NCBI GenBank assembly: GCA_965112735.1
Contig: OZ218951.1
Coordinates: 5,924,964-5,988,963 of the forward strand
Length of the DNA stretch: 64,000 nt
Direction: 5' to 3'
Source: Phaeosaccion multiseriatum
Taxonomy: Eukaryota > Protista > Ochrophyta, other classes
In this document: positions 1-12,292 of the stretch, one piece after another
How the letters are laid out: each line of letters starts with the position of its first letter
How positions within the stretch are numbered: the stretch's first letter is position 1
Position numbers and translations under genes: made by a program
Notes under the pieces: generated by a model
Database searches by the model: none
What the model saw: only the letters and a program-made list of their open reading frames with translations
Told to the model about the DNA's origin: nothing

Positions 1-3000
1 CTGGGTCCATCTTGTTGAAAAGCTCCATCGCCGCTCCACACGCACACGCGCCCACACCACGGCCCGCTCCTTCCTTCCCTCCTCCTCCCCACTTGAGCCG
101 GGCACCGCCCCCCTTCCCCCCGCTGCGTGTGCGCGCCACCTTCCCCTGCAGACAGGAGGCAAGCGTGGCCTGTAGGGCGGAAATCTGCCTGCCCTCAGGC
201 TTGCTCAACACGAACTCGACGAAGGTCCGGAAGGAGATGAGGCTGGGGCCCGCCTTACCCTCCTTCTTTCCCATACTGCTGCCCTTGGTGGAGGGCGGGC
301 CGAAGCTCATGGCCACGACAATGGCATCAAGGTCCTCGTCGGACAGGGGGGGCGCTTTGGAGCCTTTCAGGTAGGACGACAGGAGCTTGCGGACCTGGGC
401 ATGGGCAAAGCGAATCAAAGGAGTGTTGAGGGTAAGCTGAAACAAGAGAGGAGAGGCAGCAAGAAAGGGGTTTCCATTCTCGAAGCTGCGAAGATAATCG
501 GCCGACAGACCGATGGACGGACAGCAGACACCAGGTATTCGCTGACCTGTTTCTCTGTGGCCTGAAGGTGCATGGGGTCGGCATCGGCATTCGCCCCTCC
601 CCGATCCTTCTCCTTGCTCTTGCTCGGGGAGCGAGAGCGAGACCGGGAGCGAGAGACGCCGCTCCTTCCCCCCACGGCCTTGCGGAAGGCGCTTCTAAGG
701 CCCTTGTCCACGCTAAGGCCCTTCGCTCCGACGGCGGTCAGGGCCTCTCGAGCGGCGCGGGACAGCAGGGCCAGGTCGTCAGACGGCGTAGAGTGAGAGG
801 TCACGAGGCCCTCCTTGCCTCCCTTCCCTCCTGCTCGTCTCCTTGCAGAAGGGCTCCCACTTCTGCTCCGCCGGCCGCCCTTCCGAGCCTCGCCCTCCTC
901 CCCGTCAGAATCTGCCGTCTCCTCTTCCCCCTCCTCCTTCCCCTCCTGTAGTGCTGCCCCGGGTCTGTCGGTCAAACGCAGCACGTCCTTGACGCGCATG
1001 GTGGTGGTACGGTCGGCGTCGTCCCCGTCCTCGCCAGCGCTGCGAACAAGGGCCACGTACTCGCCCCCCGTGAGGAGCATCCCGAGCTGCTTCAGACAAA
1101 CCCTCGTGAGCGCGTCCCTGTCCAATGTGTGTGTGTGTGTGGCCCTCCGCTCGCCACCCCGGCTCGCCGAGACTAGTACGGCCTTCAGCGCCTTCACCGC
1201 CGCCTTTCCGTCTTTACCCCTACCGTCTTGTCCGTCCGCCCCCTCTTCTTCTCCTCCTGCTGCTGGCCGTTGCAGTAGCTTCAAACTCAAATTCAGCTGT
1301 CGACCGGCCTTGTCGCAGGAGTGCTCGGCGTCCATACCCGTACACACCCACGCTGCAAACATGGAATAGTTCACTCGCGCCGCTCCCCCTCCTCCTTCCG
1401 CTCCGAAGGCCTCCATGAGCACTTTCGCGTCCTTGCTGTTGAGCTTCATTCCGAGGCTTTCGCACGTCTTGCGGAAGGCCTTCTCGGGCAGGAAGGATGT
1501 GCGCTTGCTGAGGCCTGTGGCTTCCGCCTCGGCCTCGTGCATGGCCTCCGACACGAGCGCGTGGTGGGTGGTGCTGGTGCTGGTGCTGGTGCTGGTGCTG
1601 CCCATGTGACTGCCGCTGCTCTGCTTCATCTTCTTGGAGCGGGCAGAGGCGGCCTTGAGCAGCTGCGCCGACATCTGTGAGCGGGGGGGGGGGGAGGGGA
1701 GTGCGCCCATGCGTGCATATGTGAAAACGCCACAGAGAGAGATGGATAGAGGAAGAAGAACTTAGGGAGGGAGACAGGAGGAAAGGGATGTTCCGGGTCT
1801 GACGTGAATGTGTTCTCGCAAGGACGCATCCCCCCACTCTGCCATCACGTGTGACTGACCCACCTGCCCCCAGAGCTTGTCCATCCCCTCGAGCTTGGCC
1901 GAGTGTGCCGCCACCAGCAGGCTGTGCAAGTCGCCCCAGCCAAAGCCGCCACCTGCTGTCAGGACCTTCTTTCTCTTCTTCTTCTTGTCGTGGTCCCTGT
2001 TGGGCTGCTCTCCGACCCAACCAGAGGTGGGAGGCGAAGCCGAGGCCCTGAGTCTCCACAGTAACGCCGCGTCTTGTGCCGTAAAGACGTTCCTCCTCCG
2101 CCCACCCTCGGCAGCGGCCCCGCCCTTCTGCAGCACCTTGAGGAGGTGGCTGCGGGTTTCCAGTTCGCCATCCTCGTCCGCCTCTGAGGCGAAGGCCTTG
2201 CTGAGCCTCCCCTTTTGCACCTCCACTGCGGCGAGCCGGGCCAGCTTCTTGCGGAGCGCGGAGGACGCTAACTGTTGTTGCTCCTGTAGCACCAGTCGCT
2301 TCTTCCGCTTGCCGTCTCCGGAGTCGCTACTGCCGCTGCCGTCACTACTGAAGTTGTCCTCGGTGGAATCCTCGTCCTCGTCTCCGCTGCTGCTACTGTC
2401 GCTACTGCCCCCTCTGCGGCGGCTTCCTTCTCGTCTCCGGCGGGAGGGCGACGAGGAGGGGGACTTGTTCTTACCGCGCGAGAAAGGGCTCCGCAGCCTG
2501 TCCAAAGCGCTCTTCTTCCTTCCTTTGCCCCCCCCCCCCCCCGCCCTATGGCGCCGAGAACTATCGCCGTGTGGGTCGTCGTCTTCGTCGCTGCGGGATG
2601 CATCACTGTCCCCGCCCGAGGAGGAAGAGGAGGAGGAGGGGACCCTCTTCCCCTTGTCCCTGCCCCTACCTCTGTCTCTGCTGCTGCCCGTCTGGACCAA
2701 GCGAAGCAGCTTGTCTACGCTCACCATGCCTCGCCCGTCCCCAACACTCCTCGACACCGCCCGCAGCTGCGACGTCGAAGGGGCGGGGAGACGAAACTTG
2801 ACGCACACTTTGCTCAGATTGGGATCGCTCAGCACAGCCCTCTGTGACCCCCTGCCCTCTGCGTATCCCTCGAGGTACCTTCGGAGATCCGAGGGGGACT
2901 TTCTGTAACGCTCGAGAGCCCCCGCCAGGGCCTCTGCCAGCCGAAGCGCCACTTTCTTGTCCGTCTTGTCCTCTTCTGTCTCGCCCTCCTCCTCCCTTCC

Positions 3001-6000
3001 CCCTCTTATGTTTCTCGTGCTGCCCGTCCTGCGCGGACTGCGACTGCCCCCACCGCGACCACTGCGACCACCGCCTCTGCCGTCGTCGGACAAGGATGCT
3101 TCCGAGGAGTGGCGTTCATGAGCGCCAGGGTCGGGCCTGCGCTGCTGACTCGAGCCGGAGGGGGAGAGTCTGCGAGGAGTATGCGTCGCCTCGGAGTCCC
3201 TCGGGCGCACCCACCGGGGCTCCACCCTCACCTCCACGGCCCCGCTACCGCTGCACTTGACGTCGTACGAGCCATCGCGATGCACCACGCTCACGCGCCC
3301 ACTCACCCACTCCTGGGCCCCTCTACTCCTCCCGCTGCGTCCTGACACCTGCACCTGCACCTTGTCTCCCACCTGGAAGTGCTCCTGCGGTAGCTCCACC
3401 TCCGACTCCCCTCCGCTCGCCTGCCCCTGTCGCCCCCGTCCACTGCCGTCCGCCTGGCTCCTGCTCGCCTTCCTCACCCACCTCTTGTCCATCCTCTCCT
3501 CCCTCTCGCCTGTCGCATCATAAGTAAGGTCTAGGGTCCCATCTCTGTGGATGCCCGACACCTTACCAGGTGTCCACCTTCCCCGGCCCCTTCGGTTGCC
3601 TTCCACACGATCGCCCAGCCGTAAAGGAACTTCCTCCTCCACTTCAGACACGACCGAATCATTTCGTGGGTGTCCTCGAGTCGGTTTCCCCCCCCCCCTA
3701 CCATCCCCAGCCTTCTTCCTCACCATGTCCCTCTCCATCGCTCGGTCCTCGTCACCATCGTCATAGCGTACGTGAAGCGTGCCGTCTCTGTTCTTTCGCA
3801 TGACTGTACCCTTGTACCAGCGGCCCTTACCCTTGTAGTTGGCCTCCACAGGGTCACCTACGTCCAGCTCCGCCTCTGCCTCTGAGTCATCAGCGTATCG
3901 ACTGCGCTGAGGAGACTTCGGCCGAGCAGCCGCTCCTCCCCTCTTCCTCACCATGTTCCTCTCCATCGCGCGGTCCTCGTCACCATCATCATAGCGTACA
4001 TGAAGCGTGCCGTCTCTGTTCTTTCGCATGACTGTACCCTTGTACCAGCGGCCCTTACCCTTGTAGTTGGCCTCCACAGGGTCACCTACGTCCAGCTCCG
4101 CCTCTGCCTCTGAGTCGTCCGCGTGACGAGACTTCGGCCGAGCAGCCGCTCCTCCCCTCTTCCTCACCATGTTCCTCTCCATCGCTCGGTCCTCGTCACC
4201 ATCATCATAGCGTACGTGAAGCGTGCCGTCTCTGTTCTTTCGCATGACTGTACCCTTGTACCAGCGGCCCTTACCCTTGTAGTTGGCCTCCACAGGGTCA
4301 CCTACGTCCAGCTCCGCCTCTGCCTCTGAGTCGTCCGCGTGACGAGACTTCGGCCGAGCAGCCGCTCCTCCCCTCTTCCTCACCATGTTCCTCTCCATCG
4401 CGCGGTCCTCGTCACCATCATCATAGCGTACATGAAGCGTGCCGTCTCTGTTCTTTCGCATGATTGTACCCTTGTACCAGCGGCCCTTGCCCTTGTAGTT
4501 GGCCTCCACAGGGTCACCTACGTCCAGCTCCGCCTCTGCCTCTGAGTCATCAACGTATCGACTGCGCTGAGGAGACTTCGGCCGAGCAGCCGCTCCTCCC
4601 CTCTTCCTCACCATGTCCCTCTCCATCGCGCGGTCCTCGTCACCATCATCGTAGCGTACGTGAAGCGTGCCGTCTCTGTTCTTTCGCATGACTGTACCCT
4701 TGTACCAGCGGCCCTTGCCCTTGTAGTTGGCCTCCACAGGGTCACCTACGTCCAGCTCCGCCTCTGCCTCTGAGTCGTCCGCGTGACGAGACTTCGGCCG
4801 AGCAGCCGCTCCTCCCCTCTTCCTCACCATGCTCCTCTCCATCGCTCGGTCCTCGTCACCATCATCATAGCGTACGTGAAGCGTGCCGTCTCTGTTCTTT
4901 CGCATGACTGTACCCTTGTACCAGCGGCCCTTACCCTTGTAGTTGGCCTCCACAGGGTCACCTATGTCCAGCTCCGCCTCTGCCTCTGAGTCGTCCGCGT
5001 GACGAGACTTCGACCGAGCAGCCGCTCCTCCCCTCTTCCTCACCATGTTCCTCTCCATCGCTCGGTCCTCGTCACCATCATCATAGCGTACGTGAAGCGT
5101 GCCGTCTCTGTTCTTTCGCATGACTGTACCCTTGTACCAGCGGCCCTTGCCCTTGTAGTTGGCCTCCACAGGGTCACCTACGTCCAGCTCCGCCTCTGCC
5201 TCTGAGTCGTCCGCGTGACGAGACTTCGGCCGAGCAGCCGCTCCTCCCCTCTTCCTCACCATGTTCCTCTCCATCGCGCGGTCCTCGTCACCATCATCGT
5301 AGCGTACGTGAAGCGTGCCGTCTCTGTTCTTTCGCATGACTGTACCCTTGTACCAGCGGCCCTTGCCCTTGTAGTTGGCCTCCACAGGGTCACCTACGTC
5401 CAGCTCCGCCTCTGCCTCTGAGTCGTCCGCGTGACGAGACTTCGGCCGAGCAGCCGCTCCTCCCCTCTTCCTCACCATGCTCCTCTCCATCGCTCGGTCC
5501 TCGTCACCATCATCATAGCGTACATGAAGCGTGCCGTCTCTGTTCTTTCGCATGACTGTACCCTTGTACCAGCGGCCCTTGCCCTTGTAGTTGGCCTCCA
5601 CAGGGTCACCTACGTCCAGCTCCGCCTCTGCCTCTGAGTCGTCCGCGTGACGAGACTTCGGCCGAGCAGCCGCTCCTCCCCTCTTCCTCACCATGTTCCT
5701 CTCCATCGCTCGGTCCTCGTCACCATCATCATAGCGTACATAAAGCGTGCCGTCTCTGTTCTTTCGCATGATTGTACCCTTGTACCAGCGGCCCTTGCCC
5801 TTGTAGTTGGCCTCCACAGGGTCACCTACGTCCAGCTCCGCCTCTGCCTCTGAGTCATCAGCGTATCGACTGCGCTGAGGAGACTTCGGCCGAGCAGCCG
5901 CTCCTCCCCTCTTCCTCACCATGTCCCTCTCCATCGCTCGGTCCTCGTCACCATCATCATAGCGTACGTGAAGCGTGCCGTCTCTGTTCTTTCGCATGAC

Positions 6001-9000
6001 TGTACCCTTGTACCAGCGGCCCTTACCCTTGTAGTTGGCCTCCACAGGGTCACCTACGTCCAGCTCCGCCTCTGCCTCTGAGTCGTCCGCGTGACGAGAC
6101 TTCGGCCGAGCAGCCGCTCCTCCCCTCTTCCTCACCATGTTCCTCTCCATCGCTCGGTCCTCGTCACCATCATCATAGCGTACATGAAGCGTGCCGTCTC
6201 TGTTCTTTCGCATGACTGTACCCTTGTACCAGCGGCCCTTGCCCTTGTAGTTGGCCTCCACAGGGTCACCTACGTCCAGCTCCGCCTCTGCCTCTGAGTC
6301 GTCCGCGTGACGAGACTTCGGCCGAGCAGCCGCTCCTCCCCTCTTCCTCACCATGTTCCTCTCCATCGCTCGGTCCTCGTCACCATCATCATAGCGTACA
6401 TGAAGCGTGCCGTCTCTGTTCTTTCGCATGACTGTACCCTTGTACCAGCGGCCCTTACCCTTGTAGTTGGCCTCCACAGGGTCACCTACGTCCAGCTCCG
6501 CCTCTGCCTCTGAGTCATCAGCGTATCGACTGCGCTGAGGAGACTTCGGCCGAGCAGCCGCTCCTCCCCTCTTCCTTACCATGTTCCTCTCCATCGCGCG
6601 GTCCTCGTCACCATCATCGTAGCGTACATGAAGCGTGCCGTCTCTGTTCTTTCGCATGACTGTACCCTTGTACCAGCGGCCCTTGCCCTTGTAGTTGGCC
6701 TCCACAGGGTCACCTACGTCCAGCTCCGCCTCTGCCTCTGAGTCGTCCGCGTGACGAGACTTCGGCCGAGCAGCCGCTCCTCCCCTCTTCCTCACCATGT
6801 TCCTCTCCATCGCTCGGTCCTCGTCACCATCATCATAGCATACATGAAGCGTGCCGTCTCTGTTCTTTCGCATGACTGTACCCTTGTACCAGCGGCCCTT
6901 ACCCTTGTAGTTGGCCTCCACAGGGTCACCTGCGTCCAGCTCCGCCTCTGCCTCTGAGTCATCAGCGTATCGACTGCGCTGAGGAGACTTCGGCCGAGCA
7001 GCCGCTCCTCCCCTCTTCCTCACCATGTCCCTCTCCATCGCGCGGTCCTCGTCACCATCATCGTAGCGTACATGAAGCGTGCCGTCTCTGTTCTTTCGCA
7101 TGACTGTACCCTTGTACCAGCGGCCCTTGCCCTTGTAGTTGGCCTCCACAGGGTCACCTACGTCCAGCTCCGCCTCTGCCTCTGAGTCATCAGCGTATCG
7201 ACTGCGCTGAGGAGACTTCGGCCGAGCAGCCGCTCCTCCCCTCTTCCTCACCATGTCCCTCTCCATCGCTCGGTCCTCGTCACCATCGTCATAGCGTACG
7301 TGAAGCGTGCCGTCTCTGTTCTTTCGCATGACTGTACCCTTATACCAGCGGCCCTTGCCCTTGTAGTTGGCCTCCACAGGGTCACCTACGTCCAGCTCCG
7401 CCTCTGCCTCTGAGTCATCAGCGTATCGACTGCGCTGAGGAGACTTCGGCCGAGCAGCCGCTCCTCCCCTCTTCCTCACCATGTCCCTCTCCATCGCGCG
7501 GTCCTCGTCACCATCATCATAGCGTACATGAAGCGTGCCGTCTCTGTTCTTTCGCATGACTGTACCCTTGTACCAGCGGCCCTTGCCCTTGTAGTTGGCC
7601 TCCACAGGGTCACCTACGTCCAGCTCCGCCTCTGCCTCTGAGTCGTCTCGTGTCCTTACTGATGAAGGCCGAACAGGGCCTCTGCCCACGCTCCTCATGC
7701 ACGCGGGTCGGACGCTCTCCTCGCGTTCGCCGTCGTCATACGCAATGTCGTAGGTGCCATTTCGGTTGGCCCTGGCGACTTTGCCGGAGTACCACTTGCT
7801 GTGACCCCTGTACCTAGCCTCCACCTTCTGCCCCACACGGAAGGTGTCTCCGCCGCCACCCAAGTCGGATGAGGCCGCGGATTGCAGAGAGTCACAACTG
7901 GCGGCACCGGCCGAGCCCTCCATGCCTAAAGGGGGGTATGAGGAGGATGAGGGGATTAGGAGGCGAAGATGGAGCATTGGGGACGGGTGTTGTTGCTAGG
8001 CTTCGGCGACGACAAAGGTGCAGAATGGTGTATGGTGGCGGAGGGCATGCAAGGGCGAGGATGGGCAGGCGAAGAACACCAAATGGACAGTAGCATAGCA
8101 TGGTACCAAATGGACAGTAGCATAGCATGGTACCAAATGGACAGTAGCATAGCATGGTACCAAATGGACAGTAGCATAGCATGGTACCAAATGGACAGTA
8201 GCATAGCATGGTACCAAATGGGCAGTAGCATGGTGGACAGTAGCATGGTGGCTTCGCCAATGCGCATACATACCACACCCATACCGCCCAGGCCATCTTC
8301 AGGACAGAGGCATGTCCTGACACCCCTTACCCACCTGAGATGACCCTTCTCCCCGGCGACTTGGGCTTCTCGGGGCCCAACAAGCTCCCTGAGCTGGACG
8401 TGCCATTGAGAGCCCTCATGAGGCCCGCTGACACGCCCCTCTCGGCCTCTCCGTCGTCGTAGATAATGTCATACGTCCCGTCTCGGTTCTTATCGGAAAC
8501 CTTTCCCTTGTACCAACGGGATCGGCCCCGATACTGCGCCTCGATGGCGTCTCCCACCCGGAAGTGCCCAAGGCGCACTATGTCGGCGTCTGAATCGTCT
8601 GTTGTCGCCGCTGACCGCCCGTCCCCGCCCGCGGCCCGAATGTTGCTGGGCTTAACTCCCCTCTCCTCTTCTCCGTCGTCATATCGAATGGTATAGTCTC
8701 CGAATCTGTCTGGGCGGTCAGCTATCCTGCCCGGGAGCCACCTGCCCCGGCCTTTGTACTTGGCCTCGACCTTCTGCCCCACTCGAAAGCTCTCACTCGC
8801 CCCTCCCCCACCCCTGGGCTCGCTGCTAACATGCATCCGAGTGGAGAGAAGCAGCAGCCAAGGCAAGTCCAGTCAGGTCAAGTCAACAGCATATCGGCAG
8901 GAGGAGGCCAGCAGAGAGGCGGGTTGGGGTAGGGGAGGGGAAGGGGGTAGGGGCGGGCGGAGACACATGAGGGACCGAGCGGAGGGGAAGCGGCTGGACT

Positions 9001-9738
9001 AACGCTTGGTGTCAGGATGGATGGACTCACGCTTTGCTGCCGGGGCTGTCGCGATCCCTGAACGAGCTCTTGGGGGGTGCGGCTCTGTAGCTGCCCGAGT
9101 CATCAGCCGCCGCCCTGCCGCTCGACCCCCTTCGGAGCCCGCCCGTGGGGCTGGTGCTGAGCCCTCTCCCGCGAGGGCTGTCCTCAAGGGTCCTGGAGCC
9201 GGGGCGAGGGCGCGAAGGAGAGGGGGCTTTGGCGTCGATGCTTCCCGCCCTTTGGCGGTTGGCGGCAAGAACAGGCGAAAGGGGGGGGGGGGGGGAGAGG
9301 GAGGAGAGAGGGACATGGTCAGGGTGCCAGGTCCTATCTACGGGCAGTCTCAACACCAAAGCCGAAAGGCAGATAGCTCACAGGGGGGGACGGGGAATGG
9401 CGCCATCTTAGACTGCTCCTGTTGGAGATGGAGATGGGGGGAAGGAAGGATAGGCGGGGGAGAATGCCCCATGGCCTACCAAGCCTGCCCGCCCCGTTCC
9501 CACCCGTCTCTCCCCTCCCCTGATAGAATCCTAGCCCGCTGCCTTGTACACGCAAAAAAAAGGCATTTCCCGCCTGACTGGCGTACCTCGGGGGACGTCC
9601 TCTCGCGGAGCTTGGCCCTGCCGCCTTGGCCTCGGCTCCGGCGCTGGAGGCGGCCGCGCGGAAGCGAGACATGGGTCTGGGTCTGCCCCCAGACCGACTG
9701 CTGGGGCCCATATCGAACTCCAATACATCACCCCCCAT
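1..9738 (-). CDS. Giant multi-Tudor/Agenet-like domain protein with RS-rich and EF-hand-like C-terminal regions; spliced; 3' end lies at or beyond the window start
   Basis: Exons modelled at ~9738-9586, ~9250-9031, ~8825-8335, 7925-1864 (6 kb), 1674-547 and 394-<1, with GT/AG sites. Repeated motif 'L(D/R)VGDxVEANYKGKGRWYKGxVxRxNRDGTxxVxYDDGDxD' fits the Tudor/Agenet SH3-like barrel. The C-terminus has EF-hand-like 'FRKTCESLGMKLNSKDAKVLMEAF...VNYSMF' and 'RSRSRSRSPS'. Confidence 0.8.
3720..7650 (-). repeat. Coding tandem array of 18 near-identical units (216-bp and 228-bp variants), each encoding one Tudor-like domain plus linker
   Basis: Anchor 'gtcacct..gtccagctccg' recurs at about 3853, 4081, 4297, 4513, 4741, 4957, 5173, 5389, 5605, 5821, 6049, 6265, 6481, 6709, 6925, 7153, 7381 and 7609, spaced 216 or 228 bp apart. 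Confidence 0.97.
8078..8250. repeat. Intronic 27-bp minisatellite (~5 copies plus a degenerate tail)
   Basis: Tandem accaaatggacagtagcatagcatggt inside the intron between Tudor exons. Confidence 0.9.
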
Positions 9739-10100
9739 GGTGACCACTGCCCACCACTCTACCCTCCGATGCTTGCTGTCTGTCCTACGAGCTGCTCCTC
9801 ATTTACCCACCCTCGTGTCTCCCTTCCCTCTTCTGTTTCTCCTGGGCACTGTACGTCTCTTCCTCTTGCACCAGGCTTAGTCTGTGATCTAGAGACGCCC
9901 CTTGTAGCTCCCTAGGAAGCTCTCCCCCCACTATCACCCGTTACAACTTGTACACGATTTCCGGATTTGCAGATGGCACCAGATGGCTGCCTTTAATTGC
10001 ACCAGACACTTGTAAAAAACATGCGAGGCTGTCTGTCAGGAGAAGGGCTGCTTGTCGTCTTCACTGAGACAGAGTAACAGCGACTGGAAGAATTACACCT

Positions 10101-10634
10101 ATGGGAGGGGGGGTGAGGAGAAAGATCGGAGTGTGTGGGTTAGTGCTTTCGCTGCTCTTGCTTCCGCTACTGGTGACCAGCGGCTCCCCGAGTGTCTCTG
10201 TCTCGGTAGGGAAGGCCTCTATTCGGAGCGGCGGGCAGAGCCTTACAGAGCAGCAACAGCCGCAGCAGATGCCGGAGGACAAGGAGGAGGTGGACATGGA
10301 GACAGAGGAACCTTTGCTGGCTCTACCAGACCGACCGTCCTCGGATGACGACGCGCCAGGGCGTAAGCTCGAGCTAGGCAAGACGCTTGACTTCGAAAAT
10401 CTTGGGCCTATCATCATCAATTCCGATGGATCAACCTCTCGGATCGCGAACTGGAGCGCGCTCAGCGAAACGGAGCAGCAGAGCACATGGAAGGTAATCG
10501 CGAAGAGGAACGAGAAGAGGAGGGCAGCGTTGTTGGAACAGCAGCAGCAGGAGGAGGAAGAGGGTGGGAAGGACGCGACGGAGGGCTCCTCCCCAGATGA
10601 AAGAGGGTCGGGGGATACTGAGGCAGATTTATGA
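10101..10634 (+). CDS. Small intronless protein (177 aa) with N-terminal signal/TM segment and an uncharacterised conserved domain
   Basis: Hydrophobic N-terminus (GVCGLVLSLLLLPLLVT). Domain 'LGPIIINSDGSTSRIANWSALSETEQQSTWKVIAKRNEKRR' has a clear paralog at 18171-18343. Confidence 0.7.
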   Translation: MGGGVRRKIGVCGLVLSLLLLPLLVTSGSPSVSVSVGKASIRSGGQSLTEQQQPQQMPEDKEEVDMETEEPLLALPDRPSSDDDAPGRKLELGKTLDFENLGPIIINSDGSTSRIANWSALSETEQQSTWKVIAKRNEKRRAALLEQQQQEEEEGGKDATEGSSPDERGSGDTEADL

Positions 10635-11329
10635 CTCGCTACCTTCCTTCGGAGCTTGTGTGCGGGGGAGACGTCTTGTTGACCTCCTGTGCTTGTCAAC
10701 AGCCGGAATTGGAAACTCGGATAGCGCCGTCGGTTTGAGTACAATAGAATTGGGGTCAGGGAATATATTTGACGGCCAGGAAGAGGAGGAGCGGGGCGAG
10801 TGGAGGTTGCGTTGTCTCCTTTGGGCTTTCTGGGTGCTCTCGGCGACGCAGCTGAGAGGGCCGGATTGAAGAGTGCTAATGCATCTCAGCACCAGTGACA
10901 TGGCCTTAAGCTGGGCTGCCCCACGCAGCAGCGAAGCAACGAGACGGAGGGTGCTGAGCTGTCTGCTGGCTTGTTGCTTTGAACGTCAGCGACGAGAAGC
11001 AGATTGATGCTGCAGCAAGTGCGGTGCGGCGCCGCCGTGCACGACATCGGTAGGGACAGGGGAAAGGTCTTGACTATGCCGCTAGCGGGGGCGCAAGATC
11101 TGAGCGAGGGCTCTGGGGATGGGAGATGGAGGTCGATGGGGGGGGTTGGCACCTTCCATGCGCTTCTCTCCGCACACACACAATGCCTTTTCTATTAGGA
11201 AGTGTTACGTAATGGAACGGGGTAATTTGGCGCCACACGCGCGCTCACATAGACCAGTTGTCAAGCCAAGTAGGACAAGACCATAAGGTCACCTCAAACG
11301 AAGGCCAGGGAGGCATCTGCGCCGCCCCC

Positions 11330-11665
11330 AGAAGGGTGCCCCTAAGACAGAGACTGGTGACCCGAACAAGAGCCACAGAGAGAGATGCGGGCACGAAGCC
11401 TGCCGGTGATGGTGCTTAGGGGTTGATCCGCAGAGCCACGGCGTCGGTGGAAGTGGCGGGCTAGTTGGGGAATGAAGTGGCGGGCTAGTTGGGGAATGAA
11501 GGATGGAAGTGTTGGCCCGGTCACCCATGGCCCCGTTAGTCGCGAAGATCAAGGGGGTGAAGGAAGCGCGCATAGCCAGGTAAGCCTGCTCGTACTTGGC
11601 AGTCTTGGATCGTTCAGCCGTACGGAGGATAGAGGCGGCGCTTAGGTTGGCCTGACCATCCTGCA
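11330..11665 (-). mobile_element. Degenerate 3' fragment of a CRE/SLACS-like non-LTR retrotransposon (restriction-like endonuclease C-terminus)
   Basis: 'SILRTAERSKTAKYEQAYLAMRASFTPLIFATNGAMGDRA', then frameshifted 'QLARHF...PLSTITGRLRARISL', resembles the E..K..KY...FTPLVF...G.MG / ..RARLS pattern of RLE-type elements. An internal 24-bp duplication lies at ~11451-11498. Confidence 0.6.
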
Positions 11666-11679
11666 GGCACCAGCTTCTT

Positions 11680-11790
11680 GGGTCTGCAGCTGAGCCCCGT
11701 GGGGTCTGCAGCTGGTCCTTGTTGGTTCTGCAGCTGAGCCTTGTTGGGTCTGCAGCTGAGCCTTGTTGGGTCTGTCGCTCAGCTCTCCAC
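11680..11790. repeat. 22-bp minisatellite (~5 diverged copies)
   Basis: gggtctgcagctgagccttgtt-like units abutting the retroelement relic. Confidence 0.8.
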
Positions 11791-12227
11791 TGCAAAAATT
11801 GGTTGAATTGTAGTCTGTGGACACTGCAGCTGTATGCTGTCCTCTAGTTTAGTATACTAACTTCGAGCACGTGTGCTGTAAAGTAAACTGTCCCTTCCCC
11901 CCAAAAGTAAAGCCTCTTCTACCCCAAAAATGGCCACCCAAGAGCAATCGCTAAAGAGCAGTCGCTACCCCCTCGCACCGGACGAGGGCCGTAGCGATCT
12001 TCTCTCCTGCCCCCTCTCCCAAGCCTATGCTGCCATATCCCTCTCCCTCCACTGCCATATTCCCTCTCCCTCCACCCTCCACCCTCTACGCTCTACACTC
12101 TACCCTGAAACGCTACTTTCTCACCCCTCCATGGAAAAAATCTTACAGTACAGAGCTTTCTCCTCACACTCTGCCCACTTCCCCCGGGCGGCCCCTCCCT
12201 TCAGGAGCGAGCCCACCTGCCAGTCAG

Positions 12228-12292
12228 TGGTGTCAGTACCTGGTGTCAGTACCTGGTGTCAGTACCTGGTGTCAGTACCTGGTGTCAGTACC
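12228..12292. repeat. 13-bp minisatellite (tggtgtcagtacc)x5
   Basis: Perfect tandem copies seen directly. Confidence 0.9.

Noticed and set aside
4123-6957. Repeated 68-aa plus-strand ORFs (MTRLRPSS...)
   Set aside because: Antisense shadows of the Tudor array with non-ATG starts.
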